DNA of 54,026 nt, counting the filler, from Bipalium vagum (taxonomy: Eukaryota): the NCBI GenBank assembly GCA_037834085.1. It is 3 parts of 3 records of this genome, joined end to end, with 100 filler letters (N's around TTAATTAATTAA, not from the genome) between each part and the next. Parts side by side here need not be neighbours in the genome. Positions count along the whole stretch, not along the records: positions 1 to 20,965 come from JBBMKC010243817.1; 2 more parts are not named here. The stretch is one strand, 5' to 3'. The notes below the pieces were generated by a model. It was not told where the DNA came from and did no database searches. It was given only the letters and a program-made list of their open reading frames with translations. The first letter of the stretch is position 1. Every line of letters starts with the position of its first letter. The position numbers and the translations under genes were made by a program. Below are positions 1 to 12,637 of the stretch, one piece after another.

Positions 1-829
1 AGAATGGTAGCAAGAATGTCTCCTTACTTTTACTCTTTTCAGAAAATACGCGGTTTTTTTTGAATACCCCTATATATTGAGAAAGACGGTGAAGATAAAG
101 TAAAAGTAAATAATAAGTGATGAACGTAAGAAAAATCAAACATTTCAACTTATTCAAGTAATTCATTTAAACAAATTATTTAAAAATAATAAATAATAAA
201 AATTATCATGAAATTTATTTATATTATATTATTGTTTCTTTGATATTAATCAAGGTCAGAACACGTTATTTTGTTCATGTTTAGTCCCGGTGAAAATGTC
301 AATTTTTTGATTAATAGTATTGTCATATTTTTTATAATAATAATAATAATAATATATTATGTTTGATATATAGTGACTATGATAACTAGCGTCTACAAAA
401 TCATAAAAAATTAATTCCTATTCATATATTTTAATTAATTCTTTGATAATTTGGGAAATTGAATTATAATATTTATTCATGAAAATTGAATTTGTTCTCC
501 TGCAAATTCAATATACATTTATTTACAATTATAAGTCCCAACTTCATATTATAATTCAATTGGGGGGATTCATATTATTGATAAGCGAATTAGCATTGGA
601 AAACATTTCCTGTCTCGAAAGAAAAATTATGGTTTAAATTTATTTGCAAAAGGAAAAGTATTTCATTTTATCAAGTTCTGAGCTTTGTGCGATATTATCG
701 TCAAATGTTACTTAACTTTTATTTTTCCTCACCAGATTTATAAAAAACAGTATTCAACAAACTATACCGTTGTTTTTTTATTTAAAATAATGATTGAAAT
801 AGCATTTTTAGCACTAAATTTTCAATAGG

Positions 830-1510
830 ACACTTTTTGACAATAAAAACAGTTGTCAATTATTTCTTTATGACTCATCATATTTTAACAGACGTTTTGT
901 CGTTCTCTGTTATTTTCTCCTGCAAGTCATTTTTTAAGTTGGAAAACAAAAAATTATCAGATGGAGCTAAATCTTGGGATTATGGTGGATGTGATGACAG
1001 TTCAAACTGTTAAGATATTTTCAATGCAATAGTGACCTGTGAGCAATTACATCATGGACCTATTTTTCCTTCAATAGTACCATTCTTTTATTTGGAACGA
1101 CTTATTCTGCTTGAATAGGACAAAACATTGGTTTCATATTAATGATTAATTTTCGTTTAGGAAAACAATCATCTCTTGAATGGATCTCTCATTCCGGAAC
1201 CAATAATATTATTGAAAATCTGGATTCTGTTGACATACTCTTACTTTGATTCATGTCTCAATGAGTTTTTAGATTATATCCAAAGTTCTCAGATCACCTT
1301 CCGTTTGATAACAATTTATCTTTAACAATTTTTTTAAATTTTAATTTTGCTTCCGTAATCGATCTACGTCATAACAAATAACCTTTCGAATTCTCTTTTT
1401 TCATTTGATCAAATTTGTACAGATATATTTACAAACTCATTGTATTCATATTGTCTGAAATTTCAGATGTTTCCAAGTGCATTTTTTATCTCCTCAGAAA
1501 ATACATCATT
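830..1510 (-). mobile_element. Degenerate mariner (DD34D) transposase remnant
   Basis: Minus strand reads HPP*SQDLAPSDNFLFSNLKNDLQ near 915-995 (mariner [13 protein letters not shown] motif). Decayed N-terminal HTH-like sequence lies near 1380-1500. Boundaries approximate. Confidence 0.7.
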
Positions 1511-2199
1511 ATAATAATAATTAAGTTTCTTAAAATATTTTACGGAAATATCGAACATCTTTGTTAATTTTGAATTTTTATAAAGGTATAAGGAAGAAAA
1601 AATACTTTATTTTTAAATATAATTTAAGTATAGTTCTTTAATTTTTCTGGTAAAATTTTAAAATTAAGATGGTTAATTTAATAAAACAATTTGAACACGA
1701 AGCATGAAGATCTATTCTATAAAATTATATTTCTAAAAAGGCTTTTAATTAATATGAAATAATAAATTAAATTATTTTTAAAATTTTACCATTTTTAAGT
1801 AATCAGGTTGTAAAAAAGATATTTAATATAATTATTTTTTTAATTAGTATAATTAATGAAAAATTGAATGTGAGACACAAAATTTTTAAATTATCTTAAA
1901 CATGTTCCAAAATCATAATTTTTCTTCAATATTTATTTTAATTATAATCAAATGGGATATTTTGAAAATGTAATTAATTCGAATAATTGTTTTAATAGTC
2001 AAAATTTCATATTAATTTTTATTTCAATTAAAATTTAAGTCATTTTTATTTTATTGTCGATAGTATCCAAACATGAACATGATATATTATTCATAAATCC
2101 CAGTTTTAAAATAATGGAAACTAATATCACCATATGCTTAATTCCATAATAAACAAAACAATATAAAATTAATTGATAATCATTTCATAATTATATATA

Positions 2200-2500
2200 T
2201 GGTACCCAAAACCATTAAATTTTTGCAACGTTGTTTGTGTGGATTTTATATACAAAAATATATCTGACAAAGGAATATTGAATTGTGCTTTTACAGCAAC
2301 ACTCAGAATTAAACAAGATTTTCATCCCATTAAGATAATCATCTCTATTTGATGGAGTTCTTCCGGGTTCATATACTGGAAAATGATCCAAAGACCCAGA
2401 TAGATGACAAGCACATTTTCATGAATCAATTGCTTCAAGTAAGCAACATTGTGAAACATAAATGACAGAAAAAATGAATCATTCTTCTCTATAATGTTAA
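2200..2500 (+). mobile_element. Mariner transposase fragment
   Basis: Reads FHPIKIIISI*WSSSGFIYWKMI, matching mariner LHPKKxMLxVWWDxxGxIYYE, followed by a decayed ILLHDN-like segment. Confidence 0.55.
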
Positions 2501-3071
2501 TATATTTTTTTAAAATATTTAATATCTTCAAAAAGATTTTTTCCATTTATAAAATTTTCTATTTTGAAATTTTCTAGTTGATCAATTGGAATATTTTCTC
2601 TTATATTAAAACTCATATGAAAAGGTTTAATTATAAATATTTTTGATTAAAATTAAGTGATTTTCTTATTAGTCTTTAAAATTTATTTGTGATTGAACCA
2701 GATGTCCTACAGGAAAAAGAAATCATTAATCAGTTGCAAAAAATACACTATATTATCATAATGTTCTCTCCAATTCAAAAAATGTTTGTTGAGTAGTATT
2801 ATTCACACAATCTTCTCTCTAGCTGAGGTGAACTCTGTTCTAATTCACGTGAGGTTTGCACCAAATGAGTTTTTATAATCTATTGATATTTTTAAATATT
2901 TAAATGATTTTTAACACATTTTTATTTAGTAGGTTACCATATTTCTGTGTATTTTGTCATTTTATTTCTTTTTTTATATACTAATCCAGAACGTAATATT
3001 ATAATAATTTTATATCTTTTGTCTAGATGTTTAAAATACCTAAGTTTCTTATAATGATCACACGCTAATAA

Positions 3072-3072
3072 A

Positions 3073-3118
<46 letters not shown>
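3072..3118. repeat. (ATT)n microsatellite
   Basis: Uninterrupted ATT run visible in the sequence. Confidence 0.9.
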
Positions 3119-3989
3119 TTTAATAATTATATTTATTTATACTTTTATAAAATATAGATTTTTCTGTTTCTATTATGATTAAATATTAATAATGGATAAA
3201 TGAACAAATAAATATTTTTAAGAACTTCAATGAAAATTGTATTTTAATTTGAATATACGATTGATTTCTATTAATATAAACCTTTGATATTCGGTGTTTC
3301 ATTTTATTATTTAATAGTTTCTCTTTAGATTTCACATCAATTCCCAGTGGAACCTGCGAATCAATTAAGATTTTTAGATAGAAATTATATTTTTAATCAC
3401 TATTCAGATTTGCAATAAACTCGATGTCATTTTTCCTTGATTTAACTTTTTAATATTAATATAAAATATAAGAATACAATTGAATAAAATTAATATTTAT
3501 CAATAAAATAAAATTTCTGGAATAATAGTTAAGTATACAATGGCTCCTAAATAAACGGCACTGCCTTAAATTAAAGTGATGGAATTTAATTAACAAACAT
3601 CGAAAATTAAATTAAATAATTAGGAAACTTATTTTATTCAAACAAATTATGTTAAATAAAACTGTGTGATATTTATAACTATATTTTCCTAATATTTTAC
3701 CTATTTTACTATTTGTAAGCCATACTAAGTTATATATAGGGAGGCCCAAAAAAATGTAGTCAGAAATATGTTCTTATTTGTTAAAGTTACATAAATCAAA
3801 GTTATAAAAATCGAAACTTAAATTAAACAATTGTTTTAGTTCACTAATTTAAATTAATTATTTATGTTTAATTTCATTTATTTCTATTTTATTAAGTATG
3901 ATTCTCAAGTCAAGTAATGAAGGAACTAGTGAGATTCATATTTCTCAATTTATCTTTTTCCGATAATTTATTTAAACACATATGACGAA

Positions 3990-4330
3990 CTAGAATCTAT
4001 CTTAGATTTCTTAGAAGGCAAAATTCCATAAAAATGTCAGCAATCTCGCAATTTTCTCAATCGCTTCTATCGAAATCCGTGAATTATTTCATCTTAAGAC
4101 ACAAATCACAATCTCATTGATGACGGGAAATTGTCTAGATCGTGGTTACCCTTCTAAGCTAAAATCCCCATCACGAAATCTTGAAAACAATCATTTAATG
4201 GTTTGGAGAGAAGTAGCATCTAATTAATCACTTTTAATGGCTCAAACATTCCGGCTTTTCAGAAATTCATAAATTCTGTAAATGTATTTTGAAGTTCATA
4301 TTTGAAATGTCGCTGAAATGTTAAACAATT
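3990..4330 (-). mobile_element. Mariner 5' (HTH) fragment
   Basis: Minus strand reads LFSRFRDGDFSLEG*PRSRQ, matching mariner WFxRFxSGDFSLEDxPRSGRP. Confidence 0.65.
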
Positions 4331-5713
4331 ATTTTTGTCAATGTATTAAATGTTTTGCATTAAAATATTACCTAAATTTCTTCTATTGGCATTATAACTT
4401 GTTTGATAGAAAAATCTTTTTTAGCGTTTGAATGTTCACGTATCATACCATATTTCAAATCGGACTATAGCTTTTGCCATGATATAATATTTTTTTTACT
4501 TATTTGAAGTAAGGTGTTAAAAAATTATTTTATCAATATTCTTCATAACAACTTTGTTTTCTCCATTTTTTCTCAATAATTATTCAAAGATATCACTTCT
4601 CTTCTTAAATTTTAAAAAAATGTTATATTTTAGAAAATTGTCAAACTTAATTTCTTAATAAGTTTGGTTTAGAGAGATTCGCTAAGGCTGCATTATTTTT
4701 CATTCTTTGTGAACCTGAAGAAATTACTCACAGGCTAATGCACTAATTGTCACACCCTTTTACCTTTGAGAAATGAAATAAAAAAAAAACGAGAAGTATA
4801 AAATATATTTTTTGAATATGTTCATTTGTGAGATTATAAATTTTGCAATTTCAAAACTGACAGACTGTAACGTAACATTAGTGTCACTCAACCTCGTCAC
4901 CGTTGAATGAATTTTTCGTTATTTAAAATTTTCATTCAATTAAACAACATTGATATCTCTATTCTTATAGTATAAAAACCAATAAATTCTGTTTCCTGCC
5001 CCAATTATCAGAGATTATTTAATTGAAAGTTTAAGATAAGAACCACCTCTATTTGAGAAGAGATAGAAAGTATAATGTATCCATTGAATGGACTTAAGGT
5101 TTTATTATTTGCTTTCAACTTTGGATTTTCATTTCCAAAACGTTTTACGAATACGTGACTTATAAATAATTATCTAAATAGTAAATGAAGACAAGAAATA
5201 CACTATCAATTTAAGTTTCAATAAAAGAGAGAAGGGTGTTGTTCATTGTTAGGAAATGATCAAAATAAAATTCAGATAATATCATGTAAATTATAATACA
5301 AGACTGCAATAATTGGGAAAGCTGTCAATTAGAACAGAACAGCTTGTTCGATGTCTGTAAAATTGATATACTTCAGATACAATATCTTAGCTAAACATGT
5401 TTTAATAGAAAATGTGGAAAGATAATGGATTACATGGTTTTATTTAGTTTTGAAAATTCGTCTGCCTTAAAATAAATCGTAAATTTCCATCTTATCAGCA
5501 ATGAGATCAGAGCTATGTCTATATTTACTAAAATATTGTCTCAAAATTTTCTCTATTGTCTACCTTTCATATATTAGGGTGATTCAAGTAATTTCGTTTT
5601 TTGTTTAAGTAATCTATTATATAGTTAAAAACATTTAAAGTAATAGAATTATATATCATTTAGAAGGTAATTAAATCTTTTATAAGTCGGTAAATGAACT
5701 GGTGTAAAATAAA

Positions 5714-5868
5714 ATTTGACTTTATATTTTATTTTAGTTGTAATAAATGTCAAAAAATAAAATTCAAGCACTCTTTCGACATTATATATATTATATATTT
5801 GACTTTATATTTTATTTTAGTTGTAATAAATGTCAAAAAATAAAATTCAAGCACTCTTTCGACATTAT
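5714..5868. repeat. Perfect 72-bp direct tandem duplication
   Basis: ATTTGACTTT...CTTTCGACATTAT occurs at 5714-5785 and 5797-5868, identical, separated by the 11-nt spacer ATATATTATAT. Confidence 0.95.
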
Positions 5869-5881
5869 TAAATAAATGCAG

Positions 5882-6938
5882 CATACAAACAAATAATTTT
5901 TATGAAAATATAATAATTTATAGGAAACTTATAAAATCAATAAGATATTCATAATTAATAATTATTATTGAAATAAATTAAACCTTTAAATGATTTTAAA
6001 AATAAAAAAGATTACCAGTTAGAAGATATTTTCTATTATAAATATATTGTATCTAATTATATAATATTGGGTTATCTAAAAGGATTCCGCCGATTTTATG
6101 AATATATTTCATTTCTTTAAATATTTCAATTATATAAATTTAATAATCACAGCATCCAAATTGATTAAAGTAGTTTTTGATTTTATTAATAAATAAAAAT
6201 TTATTTATATTTACAGTTCTTAAAATGTTCCATCTATTTCGCTCTGGAAATTTTGACATCAAAGACGCACCTCATTCTGGTCGGTTAGCATGTCAAAAAT
6301 TCGATCAAATCATTCAGATGGTAGAGGAGCATTGGCAGCCTTGAAATCGCAGAAGACTGCGATTCATCATCAAACCGTTTTAAACTATTTAAAGAAAACT
6401 GGTTTTAAACAAATGGATGTCTTGAATCCGCATGATTTAACACCGAAAATTTTAAACATTATTGAAAAGAAAATCTAACGAACCATTTTTGAAATGTCTT
6501 TTTACGGATGATGAAAAGTGAATCAGATACGAAAACAATGGTAGGAAACGATATTGGATAAAACGTGGTGATATCCCACAAACCGTGGTAAAACGTAAGT
6601 GGACCCCAAGAAAGGTTTAGTTTTGAATTTGATGGGATTACAAAATTATCACCTATCAAGAAATGCTCCAACCAGTTCAAAATGTTGACTCTGTTCTCTA
6701 TTGTCAACAATTAACTATGGTACAGCAGGCAATATCAATAAATTGGCCAGAATTGATCAATAGTAAAGGCATTGTGTTTCACCATGACAACTTTAGCAGT
6801 AAAAGTTTTCTAAAGGATGGAAAATAAAATAAATAAGACAGCAATGCCATAAAATTTGTAATTGTTGATTTTATCCCTTCCAAAGTCTGTCTGGTCAGAC
6901 TCATATCCTTTTTACTAATTGCTAGCGAAATTTCGTTT
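5882..6938 (+). repeat. Deleted segmental-duplication copy of 16491-18270 (flank + mariner + exon/intron fragment)
   Basis: Colinear similarity covers the AT-rich flank upstream of the TIR, the mariner body, and the block ...AAAGTTTTCTAAAGGATGG...GTCTGGTCAGACTCATATCC...GCGAAATTTCGTTT. Confidence 0.85.
6067..6790 (+). mobile_element. Mariner element, internally deleted and 3'-truncated
   Basis: TA + TTGGGT TIR-like start. Reads SGNFDIKDAPHSGR, PHDLTPK, DDEK*IRYEN and KGIVFHHDN. Confidence 0.85.
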
Positions 6939-6939
6939 T

Positions 6940-7272
6940 CAGTGTGGGTACAGGTGGAAGATGAAGATATGTCAATTCTTGTAGTTAAATTGTGGTTCAA
7001 AAATGTAATCACTATCACCTTCAGGATCAACCACGTTCCGGTAGAGCTGTCAAAATCAATTGTGAAAAGGTACCAAATCAGTTGAAAATAATCCGCCGGC
7101 TAGCACTAGAAGCTTGTCAATTGAATATTTAATGTTTCTTAAAGAACAGTTGTCCGACATCTGGAAGCTATTGGTAAAGTTAACAGACGCTGCAAAGAAG
7201 TGACTCATAATTTAACAATAAATCAAAAAAATGAGACGTATTGAAGTATGCACTAAATTGCTTGAAAATTGA
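6940..7272 (+). mobile_element. Mariner fragment (second lineage)
   Basis: Reads LQDQPRSGRAVKI...RTVVRHLEAIGKVNRRCKEVTHNLT...RRIEVCTKLLEN, i.e. the linker, second HTH and WVPHEL-equivalent region. Confidence 0.75.
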
Positions 7273-8669
7273 CGTGAAAGAATTTATTAATTAGTTTTAA
7301 AAGATTTATGATTTATTTAGTTTTCAATGTAATTTAAATTTAACTGAGAAATGAAAAGATCTTTTCCTTATTAAAATATAACTTTTAATGATATTCAAAG
7401 TATTAGTAATAATTATTATTCATCGGAAAAAATTCTTATATCATTTCATTTGAATTCTTTATTTTTTTATTTTATAAAAGAATATTTTTTAAATATCATT
7501 GATGATAAATATAATCGATAATTTTCTTTTTCTTAATTTTATAAAATAAAAAAAAATTATTCATAATATTTTAAATAACCAATAATTAGTATAAATGTCT
7601 CTATATATTGAAAAATAAATTAATTTTTATTTAATTATTTTATATTATTTCTACTAAATTTGGAAGTTAAACATAATTAAAAGAAATGATCATTAAATGA
7701 AATTTTCAATAAATTCAAGATTTTTTTAATTACAAAATAATTAAAAGTAAACACTTCACATTGATAATTTAAGTTAAATATTTTTTTAGACAATAATATT
7801 AAGGAAGCTTCCCATATTTTACTAGGGAAATTGTAACTCTTCGATATTTACATAAGTCTTTATTATAGAATATGGATGAACTCCAGACTCCTTTTTTTGA
7901 AGTTTCGAAATGATTTAATTTTTTATCTTTCATTTTAATTATATATTTATTCACATGTCTTTGCACATTATAAATATTAGCTTAACTTTCTGTGTTATTT
8001 TAGTTATCATATTATCTGAATGGGTATTTTCTTTCATAAAAAATTACCTTTAATTATATTTTTTTGCTCTTTTCAAATGAAAAGTGGTAATATTTTCTTT
8101 TATTTATATTTTTTAATTTTGTTTTCTAAATATATTGATCAAAATTGTAGTTACTTTTAAATTTAAAATAAACTTTGTATCAAAATAATAAAAAAAATCA
8201 ATAAAATATTATTTGAATTATTCTTCTTTGTGTAATTTTTAAAATATACACTTTTTCATGATACAGACATTTATGTTTCGGCAAATATTTTTTATCCTGT
8301 GTCTGAATTATTTCATATAATAATGTATAATATTTATAAGAAAGTATGTAATTGATTTTTAATTAATAATCTAATAGTGTTTATTAAATCTCAATATTTA
8401 AACTTATTGGATGTTTAACTAACCATTAATAAATAATTAGATAAAAATACATTGTATCGTTTTCTCCAAATATATATATTTTAAAAATAAAAATTTAGGT
8501 ACATGTTATATTTATTAGTCTAATTTTTTAATTCACTTGATAATTGATCGTAAAAAATAATTTTAAAAATTTAATTAATTTCGATATTTAAATTACGTAT
8601 GTATACTAACATCACCTTTTGTATCTGATATCCTATAATCATAGATCAAATTAACAATTTTTTAATATA

Positions 8670-9187
8670 CAGGGTGTTCCAAAAGTAACCGAACCCCAAA
8701 CTTAACTAAAAAACATAAATCAAAAATGACTAATGTAATTTCTTCTTTTATGTCGTTTTATGTTATCTAGGCTACTATTCTTTTCTTTCTGAGAATAGTA
8801 GTCATTGGAATGACTTGTTGCGTGATTTTATTGATTTTGTTGAAACATTTCCTGGACGTTGGATTGGAGGCTGAGGACCAATCAAATGGCCTGGCAGATA
8901 ATCGGATCTGACACCGTCTGATTTTTTTCTTTTGGAAGTTCTAAAAAAATGCAGTGCTTGCTGAAAAGCTCAACTAAAACAAAGTATTCAGCACGAATAG
9001 AAACAAATTTCAGAGAAAGCTTGCCAGAAACTTTGTCCCATTGTTGTCAAAAGATGTCGTGATTGTACTAAAGTTCAAGGTGAACGTTTTGAACATTTGT
9101 ATAAACTATATATAACTATTAAATCTGTTGTTTTTTATATCTAATTTTTATGTAAGTTTGCGGTTCGGTTACTTTTGTGACACCTAT
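8670..9187 (+). mobile_element. Non-autonomous rosa/DD41D-like Tc1-mariner deletion derivative with TIRs
   Basis: TA-CAGGGTGTTCCAAAAGTAACCGAACCCCAAACTTA at the left and a near-inverted TAAGTTTGCGGTTCGGTTACTTTTGTGACACC at the right. Internal residue FPGRWIGG*GPIKWPGR*SDLTP..DFF and GERFEHL. Confidence 0.85.
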
Positions 9188-9908
9188 TTAAGTTTGGACA
9201 TCTGTCGATTTTTATTAATATAAATTATATTAACTATTAACTTTCAAAAAATCATACATTATTTTAATAATAAATTTTTCATTTTTTTAATATTTTCATT
9301 TGGAATTAGAATAAATGTAAATACAGTTTAAAAAATTGATAATTAGAATCAGTTCTCTCAATATCAAAACCAAGATACAGGTTAGAGTGTATTTTTCAAT
9401 TACAATAAACATATTAACAACGTTTTTCAATTTATTTGATACCAAAACCCATTTATATATTTTTCCTTATACTAATTTCTAGATGGCTTATTGGTGATTA
9501 AAATCATAATTGTTATTGCAAGAAAATAATAATGAAGAAAAATTCATCTAATAAAATATTCAAACGTAATATCCCACTTTCCCTTAAAATAATGTAAATA
9601 TAAGGTCAAACTTTGAGACTCCTTTTTGTTGGACTTTTAATTTTCAATTTTTTCTCAAAAATACTCTCACACTTTCGGTTTTAGAAGTAGAAAGGGTTAC
9701 GAATAAATGTGAAATAAGTTAATTGAGCATATAAACAAAATGAATTTTTGGCTTATGATAGTATGAAGATTAAAAATTTTTCAATTAGCAATTGCATATA
9801 ATAATAAATTATTCATTACTTTTTTTGAGAAAAAATTATATTTACTTTAATAAAAATATGAAAAGATCGAAGTACATTTCAAAATGAGTAAATTTAAAAT
9901 AAACAATT

Positions 9909-11010
9909 ATTGGGTGATCCGGAAAGTTTTTTCATTTTTTAATTATTAGAATATTTTGTTTGTTGTTTAAATAATAAAAGCACCATTTAATTTCTGTGCG
10001 GATAATTTGAAAGAATACAAGTAAGGCTATAAATTAATGAAATTTAATTATGTAATTTTTCTTAAATATTGATTATTTATATAGATAAATATTGACATCA
10101 CAAAGGAGCATCTGAGAATTATAATGCACTACTTCTTTCGGATGGCAGAAAAGAAAAATGTTGCAGCTTATTCTATGTAATTTTTATGAGGAAGGTGTAG
10201 TATCTGAACAAGTAGTACAATGTTGGCTCCAGAAAATTCGTTCTGGTGAAACATCGATAAAGGACACTGCCCGGTCAGGTAGACCTAGTGTCTACTGACG
10301 ATAATGTTGTAAAGAAGCTGGTAATATCAAACCCTGGATTGACATGTCAGGAAATTTCGGAGAAACTTTTAGTCTAAAAAACAACTGCAAATGACCTCCT
10401 ATGGAGGATATGTTTTGTGTGCAAATTGAAATGTTGGATTCCGCATACATTCCAGAATGTCATTTGATTGTCCGCAGGAACATCTGCAAATCATTGTTTA
10501 AAAGGAATGAGCTTCAGCCATTTTTGAAACAGATGATAACAGAAGATGAAAAGTGGATTCTATATGTTAATGTTTCGAGAAATAGATCCTTTCTAAAAGG
10601 AGTGGACCACAATTGCCGACAACCAAGGCAGGATTACATCCCTCAAAGGAAATACTTTCATTATGGTCGGGTTGGTAATGTCCCCTCTATTATGAGCTAC
10701 TTCTGAGCAATGAAACAATAAATTCCGAGGTTTACTGTAACCAACTGAAAAAATTTATAGGCTGATATTGTAGAAAAACAACCTTATTTGGCGATTAGAA
10801 AGTATTGTATTAAAATACAATACTAAACCCCATACATCAATGATAACCAGGACGAAGCTGAAGGAGTTTGGTTGGGAAATTTTGCAGCATCTTCAGATTA
10901 TCATCTGTTTAGATCCTTGCAGAACTCGCTCAGGAATTAATGTTTCCGTAATGAGGAAAATGTAAAGATTCACTTGAAAAAGTTTTTGAATTCCAAAAAA
11001 AGGATTTTCG
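9909..11010 (+). mobile_element. Near-full-length degenerate mariner
   Basis: TTGGGTGATCCGGAAAG TIR-like start. Reads KEHLRIIMHYFF, QKIRSGETSIKDTARSGRP, WIPH, PFLKQMITEDEKWILYVN and SDYHLFRSLQN, with frameshifts and stops. Confidence 0.9.
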
Positions 11011-11390
11011 GAAGTTCGCTGGATTGCAATGTTTTGGCACAAAATTGATGTTGTTAGACTTCAGGAAATCTTGCGTTTCTTTCGAGTAATGAGAAGAAGC
11101 AAGATCTGGCCAAAACACAATTTCATCACTTTTGTGATGCTGAGTAATAAACTTTTTCAATTTACTCATGCATTTGGTGATATAGCTTTTTGATTTGAAT
11201 GCCTGATCTGATGGAACAATGTAGTGTTGGCTTAGGCCCTTTTCTGAGAATGCTATCCAAACCAGTAATTTTGACTCAAATTTTTTAATTCTCTATTTTT
11301 ATTTTGCTAGGCGTTTCTTCGATATTTGATTTATTAAATCCAGAAATAGCGGCCAGGTCGTTGTTTGACAAACGAAAATATGAGTAGAGA
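11011..11390 (-). mobile_element. ITmD37E (DD37E)-like transposase fragment abutting the mariner 3' end
   Basis: Reads KFESKLLVWIAFSEKGLSQHYIVPS...KLKKFITQHHKSDEIVFWPDLASSHYSKETQDFLKSNNINFVPKHCNPAN. FWPDLASSHY...NPxN is characteristic of ITmD37E-type transposases. Confidence 0.8.
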
Positions 11391-12637
11391 ATAAGATTCT
11401 CTACAAAATAAGACTCGCTTTAAATTTTTAAAAAAATTGATTTGAAAATTGTCTGGATTTTTAATTAGCAGACTTTATAGACTACACTAAATTATTGCAT
11501 GAAAATAAAATAATATTTTTTTACAAAACCAATTTTTAAAATATAGTTTTGTATTATTTTTTTAACAAAAATGAGATTTATGTTTTATTTATAAAAAAAT
11601 TAGATTTGTCTATTTTGTTTTTTATTTCTTATTTAATTTCTTATATTTAAATTTTAAGTGTTTTTATTATAAATCTATTGCATGGTTTTAGTTTTATTAA
11701 CATTTTAGAAAAATTTATAATTTTTTTTAGTTCTATTAAATGAATTTGAGAGACTTTACGTGTATATTTATAAAATTAATCTTTATGACTGCCATCTTAA
11801 ATAATTTAAACTATTACCATTAAAATTCTTTTTAAACTTGTTTCATTTAATATTGTATTATTTAATTATATATGTAATTAAAATAAATAAAATTGAGATT
11901 TTGATTGCTTTTGATGATTTTTAGGTTTTTAATTTGAAAGATAATGCAAAAATAAATAGTAATAAATATGCTGTTCTGATCCCTTAATTCCGAAAACGAT
12001 TTATCTATGAACAAAACAAGTGAAACTTTAATAATATTTACTCTATAATATAAATTGAATTATTTTCAAATAATTTTCTGTTTTTTCACTGATATTTTAA
12101 ACTGCACTATAATTAATATTATATTAATTGATTTTCTGATTTCCATTCAAATAGAAATTCAATTAATTTTCTAACAATTTTAGACACTTTGAGAAGTATG
12201 TGATTTCATTTATTTTATTTTATAGCAGCATAATGAGCCCTCCATATGAAATATCTCTATTTTTTTAATAATGCGAAATGATTTTATTAATAATTTTTTA
12301 GTTATTTAAACCAGGCTTTTTAATTTTTTAATTTATTGGAATTTATTATTATTGTTGTTATTATTATTATTATTTAAATTGTTTTATTTTTTTATTTTAT
12401 TAACTAATAAATATAAAATTTTATCAAAAAATATTTTTTTCAAATTTTTTAGATTTCATAGAAACAAAATAACAAAATGATTTTCAAATCTTTGATAGAC
12501 TTATTTTATTTGAAAATTAGCACATCAGAATAAAAATAAACCTTAATAAAATAGGAGCTCTTTTTATATTTAAAGTTTGAGACGAGTCAGATAGAAATAT
12601 TAAAGGACAAAATATAATTTAATATTAAAAAAAAATA

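Noticed and set aside
355-380. Partial match to miR-190 (TATGTTTGATATAT); also a bantam-like TGAGATCATT at 45411
   Set aside because: Short matches in AT-rich DNA with no complementary hairpin arm.
3280-3351. Minus-strand exon-like segment (CAG/VPLGIDVKSKEKLLNNKMKHRISK/GT)
   Set aside because: No partner exons could be linked in phase, so a chance match cannot be excluded.
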